Position numbers and translations under genes: made by a program. Positions 22,657 through 35,529 of a stretch of DNA of 64,000 bases are shown here, piece after piece. The DNA is from Mytilus trossulus. Its lineage: Eukaryota. Location of the stretch: NCBI RefSeq assembly GCF_036588685.1, contig NC_086384.1, positions 19,282,001 through 19,346,000 on the forward strand, written 5' to 3'. Position 1 is the first letter of the stretch; each line of letters begins with the position of its first letter. The notes under the pieces were generated by a model that was not told the origin of the DNA, ran no database searches, and worked only from the letters and a program-made list of their open reading frames with translations.

Positions 22657-25600
22657 CGAATAAAAAAAAAAGTTAAAAAGGCAAAATTAAGTACGAGGTT
22701 GAAGAGCATTGGGTATAGTTACCGTTTCGTACCTCGTGGAAGATTTGTAAGAATGTATGTATACCATTTTGTACCTCATGAACGATGTGTGTATACAATT
22801 TTGTACCACATGGAAAATTTGTATGTATAGTTACCATTTCGTACTTCGTGAAAGATTTGTATGTATGTATGTATGTATACAATTTTGTACCTCATTGACG
22901 GTGTGTGTATTCAATTTTGTACCACATGGAAAATTTGTATGTATAGTTACCATTTCTTACCTCGTGGAAGATTAATAAGTACATGTATGTATGTATACCA
23001 TTTTGGACCTCATGGACGATTTGTATGTATATCAAATGTAAAACACATATTTTGTCGATGAGCTACCAAATGGTAGATTCATTTGCCCTAAAGGGTAAGA
23101 AACGGTAAATGTTGGGTTTGAAATGGTAAATGTTGGGTACGAAGTAATAATTTTGGGTTCGAAATGGAAGAGGTACGTAATGGTCAAAGTACGAAATGAC
23201 TAACTACCGATACATCAGCTTATGAACCGTAAGCCCCGCGGACCTCATTTAATCAGTAGCCAGTGGATCGTTGTTGACGTGATTGTAAACCATTTTTTAT
23301 TCTTCGTTTAAGATACCAAACGGAAACTATTGTTCTACCTACTTCATGCAAAATTGAATGGAATGAATGTGGCAATTCTTAGGACCATTGTTAGTTGCAT
23401 AGCTCTTAACCTGTATGGGTCTCACAAAACCTTGGCGTTCATAGTTTGGGTTTGAGCATTCATACAGAATGAAAAAAGTTTTGAAAACACTTCGGACGAA
23501 CAAAATTAAAATGCGTTATGTTCATTTGACAATTTTAGCAAACATTTATCTTTGATAAGTTTTAATATAAATAAAAAAATCATCAAATATACGTCTGCCT
23601 GAATATTGGTGTAAATTAAAATGTCCTGAAGAAAGAAGCATAAATTGCATCCCCTGGTGCCATTCGTTAGAAGAAGAATAAAAAACAACAACCAAATATA
23701 GCAGTAAACAAGTAAAAGCAGATGCATTGAAATTCATTGTTCATATTTCTTGTGTTGCAATAAAATAAAGATAACATCATATAAAAATAAAATAACTGCA
23801 TTCATCATGAAAAAATAACAATAGGTTATCGCCATAGCTCTCGAATGTTTAGAATAAAAAAATCAAACCCAACATATACTTTCGATTTAAGGATATGCTT
23901 TTCTTCTTGTTTAAAGCTCTCACATATATATTTTTTATTATCAATTATTATACAAAGCAACATAAGCAACACGACGGGTGAACAGAACGTTCATAGTATA
24001 TACCTACAGAAAACGAGTACTAAAGTATTCATGGAAACATCGAAAGTGACCATTTGTCAATTTTTTAAATCTTAGCAATGCAAATATGTTATATGCAGCA
24101 ATTTCTTTAAATAACGAAGAGTAAGCATGGGATATTGCAGATTTGTTCTAAATATTTTGAGAAGTAAAAAAAACACCATTTTGTTATGATTCAGTACGAA
24201 TCGAATCAAATTGATGGAATTTTATAGTGAATAAGGATACCACTGCAAAATAAACACAAAATGGAAACTTCAGTCCGAAAAATTGATAAAATTTGAGGGG
24301 GGGAGTCGATAGGACGCATTTTGGTACTCTCATTTTACACAAAGTCACACTTACAATTATTTTTATTAACATAAAGCATTAAATACCGATCAAAAAGGAA
24401 AACTGTACTGCTATGCAAGTCATTATATTATATCATGATTTCCTTCCGCTGAATATCACTTGATAATTGCTGTCTTTCTTTTATCTGAACCCGATACACA
24501 CTTTACTTTTGTAAAGATCATAAATTTCATAAAGTGAAGGATTTGATAAATTTAATAATTTTATGAGAATTGTGTCTCTTTTTTTGGCATAATAAAGAAG
24601 CAAGAAATCCTTGTTACATGTTTTTTTAGTGTTTTATTTCATGTTCATAAACATCCGATTTCCTTTTTTTTTTGTAGTTTATAGTTTGAAGAGAAAAGGC
24701 AAAGACGCAATCATATACATTATTAAGTAGTATGTATAATATGCAGACATATCCAAGTTCTTGTTTCACTGAACTAATAATTTTTTTTTTGTACTTGATT
24801 TTGATTTAGCCACATTGGGAAACAGTCATCGTTTGCTATACGTTACATCCCATATAAATACTGAAGAAAAAAATCAATGAACCTAAATGATATACCCTGA
24901 ACAAAACCCAATTGGAATCGAAAAAAGTCATTTTTCTTTAGAAATATTATCTTGACATATTACATGTATAAATATTAGTTAAATCTAGTTGACACATTTA
25001 AAATTCATATTTGAATTAATAAACAACGCACATTTCAATATATAATAGACAAAAAGAATATAAGAACAATAAACTCCAAAAACAAACTAAAACAAACAAA
25101 CAAAAAAATTAAATCAATCTACTCAAGTTATATTTTTTAGAATGACAATTATTGTAGACGTATTTTTCAATAATCGCAATTTAAAACTAATTTGTACATA
25201 TATGTTTTCATTCAATTTGAAGAATTGCTTTAGCCGTGTGACATGATTTTTTTATCAACTGCCTGTGGCTATTATCGCATGCTTTTCTGTAACGTTATCG
25301 CTGGACATTTCGACCTCAATCGCCAAATGACGAATAATCTAACTCAATGGTACTTCTTTTTAGTGTATAAATCTTAACAAAGATGGATAAGAAAAAATAT
25401 TAGGAATCATGAACCATGAACATGTATAATCAAAAATTGCAAAGAAAATATTACACATGCATTTTCAAAGTTTTGTCTGTATGTTTTCTGTTGAAGCTCT
25501 TTGGATGATATCATGACCTAGGGCTAATAAGGGGTCTGATATGGAAAATGCCATGGTATAATCTATATTTATCGCACGCATAAAATGGAGATGTAACGTG

Positions 25601-27156
25601 TGCCGTTATATCCGGATTGATTATGTTGCATTGTCAATATTTCTTCATCGAATGGGGTTTCTACTCTTACTATCTGCCGTTTTTCATTCAATTTCGGTTG
25701 ATGTTGAACCTCAAAAAAAAGGGGGGAGTACCAAAGGTAATGAATAAAAAATTAACTGAAGTAAAATTAAAAAAAACATGCAAAACAAACAAAGGCTATA
25801 TGCTACTGACGTTAGACAGGCGCAGAAATGAGGCGGGGTTAAAAATGTTTGGGAGATCTCAAACCTCCCCTATACCGCTAGCCAATGTAAAATAGAACAT
25901 ACACACCTCAATACGCACAGTAAAAATCAGTTTCAAAGCAGTCTAAGTCCAATGTCAGAATAGCAGAACAAACTAAGCAAAATGACAATAATACACATTA
26001 AATACATAAATAAAACAAGGTATAACTTGCATTCCAGATTCAGACCTCAATTATCTTGACAGACTAGTTTTAGTTGTAGCAACTCATTAAATCTAGATGA
26101 CACATTTTAACAAACAAATATAATCAATGAATATCATTCAAAAATAAACAAACGCACATTCACTAATATAATATATATTATCGAAAATAAGCAAAACAAA
26201 CCAAAATCAAACACAAAAACAAAAACAAAAACAAAAAAGTTTAAAATGCAGAACCATTCAAGTTATTTTTTATAGAATGACAATTATTCCAGACAAAGTA
26301 TGGAAAATAATATGTTTTCAACAAAAGTTTTATTTTCCTCCTTATTTACAATATATTCTGTTTTCAAAATACAAATTTTGAACTTTTTTTTCAATCAATC
26401 GGACACACAAAATCAAGATTCAAAGTGTGCCGTTATATTAGGGAAAATACCAAAGAGACATCCAATCTTATAAATTGAAAATTTTGAGATACTCGCAGGA
26501 ATGCGGCGGGATAAAACATGTTTGGGATATCTCAACCCTTACCTTTACCGTTAGCTAATGTGGAATAAACAACGCTACATCAATGCGCACAATAAAACCC
26601 AGTTTAAAAAAGTCCGATTTCTAAAATGTTACAGAAGAAACTACGAAAATGACAATAATTCATGCAGGAAACAATGTTTTACTTGTATAGTTAATGGCAT
26701 TTCATTCCATATCCAGAACCCAGTTATCTAGTTGCAGCACCTCATTCAATTTTGATGATACATTTTAACATATAAATAAAATCATTACAGATCATTGAAT
26801 CAATAAACAACGTTCATTCACAAATATAAAAGAATAGTAAAATTACAAAAATACTGAACTTCGAGGAAAATTCAAATTGGAAAGTCTCTAATCAATGACA
26901 AAATAAAATGATAAAGCACATCAAGCGAATGAAAAACAACTGTCATATTCTTGACTTGGTATAGGCATTCTCAAACGTAGAAAATTGTGGATTCAGCCTG
27001 GTTTTAAGCGATAAACCTCTCACTTGTATGACAATCGCATCAAATTCTAGTTTATTTACAACGATGCGTGAACAAAACTGACATAATTGTAAGTAGTCTA
27101 AATATGAGTACAGCAGTCATCAGTGTGTCACAATCTCAAAACAAACAAATATTTAA

Positions 27157-27717
27157 ATTCATATGAAACGAGTGACTGGTGAAAAATAATATTTATTCAA
27201 TTGTTGAACCAATGCACGTATATATCATAAACATAGTCTTCTGTGCACGATTTTATCATTTTTTATGCAAAAATATCGTATAATCGTTATTTTCTTTTTT
27301 CACTCTGTCTGTTATAAATTAAAAAAGTGGCCGCTCATTAATCGTCGTGTTTTGAAGCCGTAGTCTACAGATTGTAATCTAAATGTAAACAATCAACAAA
27401 AAGCATGGATATTGAGCACGTGTATAACATGTAAAATCAGATAATAGTTAATATAAATGACAGATCCATGTGTATTGCGATCACCGGATTTTCACCAGAG
27501 GGTCTACGTTAAGGTCACTTTAGATACGGAAAATATGTCGACGAATTGCTTCGTGACAGCAAGCAAATAAAAAAAGTAAACTTCTTCTTAATGTCGAAAA
27601 TTGAAGAATTTTCTTCAGAAAAAAGTATATGAACATACGTTTAAAAATGACAACCATCCATTTTGTTATTAAAAAACATATGCTTTTTATGTTTTTAATT
27701 TTAGGTTTCATAAGACT
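27157..27717. mobile_element. Second, inverted copy of the TTAA MITE
   Basis: TTAA-ATTCATATGAAAC...GTTTCATAAGACT-TTAA. The internal sequence matches the reverse complement of 5484-6054. Confidence 0.82.
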
Positions 27718-28729
27718 TTAACAAAAACAAAAAAAGCATTATGAAATTTAAAAACCACATGCATTGCTTCGCGTGTTTTACGTCATAAAATGTCAACATT
27801 ACATGGGAAGAAATATAAAATAATTTTACCATTCAATTTAAAAAAATATATATAATATTTCACATAGGATATGGTGATATACATGGTTAATGAATCAAAA
27901 GTATGTTATAACTGATTTTAGAACGAATGGAAAACAACTTATATTCCTGACTTGGTATAGGCATTCTCAAATGTAGAAAACGGTGGATCCTTCTGGTTTT
28001 GTAGCACTTAACCTCTCACTTTTATGGCAGTCTCATCAAATTCCAGTATATTTACAACGATGCGTGAACAAAACTGACATAATTGTTTATAGTCAAAATA
28101 TGAGTACAGCAGTCATCACTGTGTCACAATCTCTCATACAAAAAAAGAAGCATATTCAAATTTTAAAACCACAAGCATTGCTTCGCTTGTTTGACGTCAT
28201 GAAATGTCAACATTGCATTGAGAGAAATGTACTATAATTGTGCCGTTAATTTTAATTTAAATTATGATATTTCACATAGGGAATGGAATAGTTGTATACA
28301 TGGTTAGTAAATCAGAGATATGTTAAAAATAACTTAGGAACGGACCGAGATTTAAAATTATCCAGAAGTTCTTTACAATTTATAAGAATCTACATATGGT
28401 TAGTACCCCAACGTGAGTCGTTCAAAGTATTTTCAACTTTATAATAGTACAGTAACATAATCACATATAATAGAACAATAACACGTTGGCGGAATCTTTA
28501 AAAGTACAGAGTCAAGTAATATGAACGAAAGAAACACAAAAAGTCTCACATACAAAGTACCACAGCAAAAATGAAAGATGATATAAGGAAATTGACGGGA
28601 TGTATAAGTACCGAGCCATGTCAAATGGATACCACAGAAAGCAGACCAAACAGTAAACGTAATATTAATAACAGAACAAAGACAAATAAAGAACAAAGTG
28701 ACACGTTGTTAAGATGATCAACAACGTCA

Positions 28730-29010
28730 GTACGTAGAGTCTATACATCAAGAACATTATGTATTATTTGTAAAGTTGATACGGAATAGTTTTTCAACAA
28801 GGTCTTGGTACACTCCGATGAACTGTTTTAGAAAAGTATGAGACGTTCTTTGACATATCCCTGGTTTATCAAACTTCTGCTCAGACACTGGTGATGTTTT
28901 ACAAAGTCTGAGAAAGAGCTGCAAGCTCTTGGATACCGAATAAGTTATTAATGTATATCACATATGCAAGTAAAGTAAGTATATTGCTCCTAAGTTGGGG
29001 GGAAATTAAA
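28730..29010 (-). mobile_element. Penelope-like RT C-terminal fragment, second subfamily
   Basis: Minus strand gives NFP.L.SNI..., LIRYPRACSSFSDFVKHHQCLSRSLINQGYVKERLILF..FIGVYQDLVEK. Confidence 0.7.
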
Positions 29011-30539
29011 GCTATGAATTAAAGTCCTTTATAGCGTGCTGTTTGTTGTGCGCCAAGGCTCCATGTTGAAGGCCGTACCTTGACCTATAATAGTTTACTT
29101 TTATTAATGGTTACTAGTATTTTCCTATATCTACTATGATATCCAGAAGTAGTAAATGTATAGCGTTTGCTACCATTTTTATGTTAAAAGGCATTGAGGA
29201 TTATTTCTTTCAGGCGAGTTTTCAATTTCACATGCGGGATGATGGAATACAGGATTGAAAAATCAAAAATTTTAATAGAACTTATTTCAGTAAATGACCA
29301 AGATTTAATATAATCTAGAAGTTCTTAATTTTTTTTGAAGAATTCACATATTGTTAATACAAATACACGAGTAAACAGTTTTACGGTATTTCTAAAGACC
29401 TTCTTTCACTGCAGATAGATTTTGTAGTCCAGCAAATGGAAAATTCTTAAGTGGAACATTTTATGATGTAAACATAGAACATAGGCAAAATAAAAAAAAA
29501 AAACAGACAAAAAGACAAAAAGATGAAACAGAACCATTCAGTTATTGTTATAGAATGACAATTATTCCAGACGAAGCATAGAAAATAATATGTCATATTT
29601 TCAACAAAAGTTTTCTTTTCTTTCTTATTTACAATCTATTCTATTTTCAAAATACGGATCTTGTAAGAATTTTTCAATAAATCACACACACAAAATCAAG
29701 ATGCAAAGGGTGCCGTTATATCCGGGAAAAAATACCAAAGAAACAGCCAAAGACTAACAACAGCCAGAGGCTCAAAAATGCGGCAGGGTTTAATATGTTT
29801 TTGACAATCTCAACCCTCCCCTTTACAGTTAAACTCAGTTTAAAACAAGTACCGGTCCGTTGTCATAATACGTAACAGACGAATCTAAGCGAGATGAAAA
29901 TAATACAGAAATTAAACTATGTACTGTACACGCAGTTACTGGCATGCCATTTCTAGACTTCAACCAAAGAGATTGAAGAATACTTTAAAAACTAAAAAGA
30001 ATTAGATAGCAGAATATTTAATAATGAATATAAAAACTTACAAAAAACTGATTGATTTAATTTGGGACACAGCTTTTTATTTCAAAGAAACCAAGGGTAT
30101 CTTTTTAAAAAAATACAATGGAATCTTACTCTTGTGTTAATCTATGAGTAGTAATTTAGTACCGAGTAAAGTGTTTACTATGAGTCTTATTTGACTGCCA
30201 TACAAAAGTTAAGCCTCGAGTTGATGATGAGTTTAAGCACTCTTATATATTGGATTTCCTTTATTCATACACTTACACAATTCAGAGATAATTTAAGAAA
30301 AAATCCAAGCCAACCATTCTCCTCTTGATACTTCTATAAACAGGCCGCGACACCAAAAACGTCACAAAGCTCTATGAAAGAACGACAGGAAACCAGCCCG
30401 TCTAAGTCGTTGATTTCATTACTTTTTTCAAATTCTAGTTCACTTCCATATTCATATAAAAATTCCTTTGCCGTTTATGATGGTGTAAATGTACTAGACG
30501 TTTTTTTCTTTATAATTCTAAAATATTCTACTGAAAAAG

Positions 30540-31085
30540 AGAGGCAAAAGATAAGTCGAAAATAAACTAACAACGACATAGCTAAAACTGAAAAAGAGGA
30601 ACAGACAAACAATAGTACATAGGACACAAAATAAAAAAACAAAAGACTCAGCAACACGGCCATATAAAATGGGGTGAACTTAAATGTTCTGGGAGGTTAT
30701 GTTGATCCTGTGTCATATGTTGCTCCCATTGTTTCGCTTTTTTTTTTTTAGTAAAACCAGATAAAAATCGTTTTCGGCAGGTTCCTTTTTGAGAAAAGGA
30801 AACAGATTCGTTGTTTCCACATAAGGAACATATCCGCTATCGTCTGTGGATCGGTTCTTTTATAATGAAGGGATGATTTCAACTGCATCATTTGGCACTC
30901 TTGGTTTATAAGCTTATTTGGGAAGAGCAACCATTTATCAAGGAAATCAAGATAGGAAACACAAGCCCTCGAAAATTGTGTCAAATAGAAGATATATACT
31001 CAGGCGCTGCTGCTATGTTGCTATATAGAAATGGAAGGTTCCTCATAGGGAAGCTGCAATAATCATCTCTTTTGTCTTGTTTTCT
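30540..31085 (-). mobile_element. Degenerate Penelope-like 3' fragment
   Basis: ORF 30748-30984 (FSRACVSYLDFLDK..LL..KLINQ..LKSSL) plus the family tail at 30540-30740. Confidence 0.7.
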
Positions 31086-33269
31086 ATTTCAATAAACCCT
31101 GTACATCATGTATCCATTTGAACTTGAAATAAGGGATTGTACCGAAACTAAAACGCGTAAAAAAGAACTTCTGCTTTATATATATGATTGTTGTACCCTG
31201 ATATTGACAAGACTTCAAACAAAGATCTAGTTCAGATTTCTCTTAGTTAAGTCTCCATTCATTGTTCTGGAGAAATATTTGATCTGTATAGCCTATAAAC
31301 TTGTCAAATTCGGAAAGCAAAAATGCAGTTCATAGACTTACTTTGACCCTTTTTCTGCTCCATCTAACACGCGCTTGGAATTAATTTATTGCTGTCTTTT
31401 TCAATTAACTGAAAGTACAATGTATTAAACAATATCTCATGTTTTTTTAAATTCTTCTCGTTGCAACAAATAGTTAAACAAATAGGAATGTTTGTGTGGA
31501 TACATTAATTGATTGTTTGAGGTTCTTTATGATGATGTAGAGCAGGATCTACTTACCCTTGCGGTGCACCTGAGATCACCCCTAGTTTTTGGTGGTGGGG
31601 TTCGTGTTGTTTATTCTTTAGTTTTCTATGTTGTGCTCCTTTCGCATATGACACTAACAAGAAGGAAAACATGTGTTATTCTTCCTGATATATTTGTCGC
31701 TTTAGTTTAGGGGTATTGTTCACAATTGTACGTGTTTATGGGGTATGAGAGCCTATGAGACAACTCTCCATCCAAGTTACAATGCATGCTTTGATCAGTT
31801 GTTTGAAGACTATTTTATTATGTTCATTGCAATATTGTTGAGAAACGTATTTACACATACAAAAAGGATTTTGGAAATTTCAAGAGCCTCGACTATGGCG
31901 ATTTTATAACTTTTCCTTGAGGTCTGACACCTCACTTTGAGATAAGTAAGGAGATAATTAGTAAATTATCACCTTTACACCAAAAGAATGAAAAAATATT
32001 ATTTTGACAGATCTAAAATGATCTTTAAAATTAAATCAAGTTGAATGTCAAATGTGCATAGGGCAACTTTGCATATCTCAAACACCAAGGTCTTATGTCG
32101 CATAGTGTGAAAATTGATCAGATGATGACAAATCGGATAGATTGGTGACTCCGGTAGGTCATTAACGATTTGCGGGTAAGGTGGCAAAACCCAACAAAAA
32201 AACCAATATTTCATGCTAAAGATTTAAAATCAACGTTTTTCAATTCCTCCCTAAAATAAATATTAGGCACTTTTAATGATATATTTAAGCATTTGTACGA
32301 AACAACATCTTCCACAGAACTACAAAGGTTAAGATGGAAACATATACAACTTTTTGTTGTAACCAAGGCAACAATTTGAATATCTTTTATACCTTTTATT
32401 GCATAAAGGGGAATAATTTAACAAGTGTCCAAAAATGGTTTTCAGGAGAATTTTGTTCCAATCTTTCTTGGAGGTATTGCCATTTATCTTGAAAAAGATC
32501 AAATTAAGCAAAAAAGCATTTCTTCTCATTTTTCCATACAGTTGCAACAAAAGTTAGAAAAACATTACAATAGTATGTAAATACAATGTTCACTTGGTAC
32601 ATTAAAAAAAATTAACAATACATGCATTTTGAATACCATGTGTTGGAGATAATATGTTATATAGAAAACTTCTATGTTTTATGGTCACCAATCGGGATTG
32701 ATTGACAGATATAAGATTGGATTTGTGATCGCAGAATAGTCATCGCAACTGCAAATTAATCTATCATTACTTATTCCCTTTTGTGATATTTTGCATTCTA
32801 TTTCTTACAACAGTTATCACCTTTTTTGAAAGACGTCAGTAATATTGCCATAATTAAATTTTTAAAGGGTCTAATTCACGTAACTTTGATTTATAAAACG
32901 TTCTAGTGAGACAAATATAAATTACACGTGGTACTTGGTCATGAATAGTTCACGACTTTCGACTTTAAGGTGATTTTATTGCAAGTGTTCTATCGTGTGT
33001 CGATCGCATGGTGATTTGTTTTTAGCAATTTTTTTGTCTGATGTGTGACGTCCCATGTTTTAATGAAAGACAATTATTCAATATTTAAAGATTATCCGAT
33101 ATTTGCACAAATACGGCATTGTTAACATCTTAGCTGTTGCAAGTTTGGTCATGGTGTTTCAACGTAGTTACATCATTGACCCCCAAATGTTAAGGATTGA
33201 AAAAGAAGGGCGAAAGATACCAGAGGGACAGTCAAACTGTTGAGTCCTGATGAAGATAAATTCAGAAGT

Positions 33270-33855
33270 TTATTGGTTCTTCAATGCTCTTCAACTTTGT
33301 TCTTGTTAGACTTTATAGCTAATTTGATCTGAGCGTAACTGATGAGTCTTATGTAGACGAAATGGGTTTCTGGCGTATTTAATTGTAATACTGGTACATT
33401 TGATAATATGTACACCACTGGCCATGGGTCGAAGCCACTGCTGGTTGAAGTTTTGTTTACGAGCAATGTAGTCAGCACTTAAGTGTTGACAATATTATCA
33501 ATTATATGGTATTTTTTTTATAGTTTCCTGCTAACAACTCTTTGAATTGTTCGAAAAACTAAGGATTTTCTTATCCCAGGCATAGATTACCTTAGCCGTA
33601 TTTGCAAAACTTTTTGGAATTTTTGGTCTTCAATGCTCTTCAACTTTGTACATGTTTGGCTTCATATAGATATAAGAAGATGTGGTGTGAGTGCCAATGA
33701 GACAACTCTCCATCCAAACAACAATTTAAAAATTAAACCATTATAGGTTAAAGTACGGATAACTATTTTGATCTGAGCGTCACTGATAAGTTTTATGTAG
33801 ACGAAACGCCCGTCTGGCTTATCAAATTATAATCCAGGTACTTTTGATTACTAAT
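33270..33855 (+). mobile_element. Retrozyme ~1.3-mer with two mutated hammerheads and a ~95-bp foreign insertion
   Basis: Hammerheads at 33333-33376 (core intact, stem III broken) and ~33777-33820 (CUGAUAA). An inserted repeat-tail fragment lies at ~33665-33758. Confidence 0.8.
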
Positions 33856-35529
33856 ATAATAAGGCAAATTATTTATTTTATTAAATTAGAATTGATTTGA
33901 AAACATTTTAATGGGAATCCTTGGTGTATATTTCCATCATCACCATCCTCCTTTTGAATAAGACTTTTTACGATATAAATTCTCACCATCAACTCCTACT
34001 TTGAAAGTTATTTGTCCTGAAGTATGTTTTCGCCATCACAAGCTTCCAATTCAATCTTTAAGCTATCATCATTTAAAATCGAAAATTGTTTTCCTGTTTT
34101 TCATCGAAAATTACCCTATCATTTTTATATGAATAACAGCAATTTGCACCTTCATCTTCATTCTAACAAAAATATTATGAGGGTATAGGAATAAAAGAGG
34201 CTCGAGGGTATAAAAATTTCAGAATAAAATTAAACATTTTTTTAACACATTTAATTTATTACTTTATTAGTTGTAACTTTAGCAATTCGTACAAATATCA
34301 TTAAAAAATTCAATTCGTTTTGGCCCCAGATGACTTTTAAAATGTATATATCGTTGAAAAAGCTCCAAATTATCTCCCTTTGGTGCAAAAAAGCATTTTA
34401 TTTTGCATTTAAATTGAAATATCTTTTGTAACTAATTGGTGACCTATATTCCTTATTTTTTTTTAAATAAGATGTACTTATTTAACCTATTGTAAAATTT
34501 GAGCGATTTTTGTAATTCAGTGGTTTTTTTTTCGATATTACCACTATTTCTCCTATTAGTTCAACAGAAATAAAGTACATAAATCCCTGCACGCACTGAA
34601 CCAAACCCAAATGCTACGAACAACTGTTTCCAATCATATCAAAACTTTTTACTTGTTTTCTTCGCATTTCGAAAAGCTTAGATTACTTAATAAGAAAACA
34701 ACTCTTCCAAAAAGATAATTGTTTGCTTTTTGGGGGGTACATTTTACATTGTATTTAATGGACTACGCTAGGAAATTTTAACAAAACTAAACCTCAATTG
34801 AACATTACCAAACGCTGGAATTTGTTGGATTGAGTTGCAACATACACAGCACTCTCATAGGTCTTATATACCTTATCGTTATGCTTTCCAATGCACGACT
34901 TTTATAAATGTCAGGACGCAAAATGTTCACAAAACTACATCTATTTATTTAAAAGGTGACGAAAGCAAAGACCTTAAAGTTTTATATGTTATATTCCTTA
35001 AAATACTTTTGCGGGCCGATACCTCTATTTGGGAAGTGTTGGTCGTTGTATTACCAATTCAGAAAAAAATCCGATGTCACAAAACAGACATATAGATAAG
35101 AATATTTAAAAGTGGCTTTGTAAATATCATTATAACTATCCGCCCGATAATGAGATCCGTTGCACACAAAAACGGAACTAGAATAGGATGCACATGCATT
35201 GCATTGTCACGTTTCTCAATTATATCCGTCAGACTATAACATATGATAAAATCAAAATTATATAGAATAAGTTAAATAAGCACTGCAAACATTTAACCGT
35301 GCCAAGGTTTCTTTTTTTTTTTTAAATATGTGATAATTCATTTGTTTAGAGTTGATCAATGCATTGGTAATACCTTATTATATGATATATAACAAGAATA
35401 GATTTTAATATAAAAAGTTGGTTGGATATTAATTATTATTAAACATTTAAAAACAAAATAGAAACCTTAAAGGCGACCATTAATATGATAGAAAAAATAA
35501 TATACATAATCTTTTTCAAATGATTTATA

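Larger units (their letters stand above)
21758..22712 (-). mobile_element. Retrozyme tandem array (~360-bp monomers, three hammerhead motifs)
   Basis: Direct repeats with hammerhead motifs starting at 21796, 22154 and 22612. Flanked by a candidate 5-bp TSD GTATA (21753-21757, 22713-22717) inside a minisatellite. Confidence 0.88.
21223..23209. repeat. Complex minisatellite (30-45-bp CCATTT(C/T)GTACC units) with an inverted terminal block (foldback-like)
   Basis: Units cycle as three variants (~110-125-bp period) over 21223-21757 and 22713-23030. Reverse-oriented GGTACGAAATGG-like motifs lie at 23100-23209. Confidence 0.85.

Noticed and set aside
21223-23061. Several 66-151 aa ORFs on both strands
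   Set aside because: They are translations of the minisatellite and retrozyme repeats, with no domain signal.
30270-30460. Small gene or exon (TATAAA at ~30335, minus-strand donor at ~30276)
   Set aside because: No consistent reading frame or partner exon was found.
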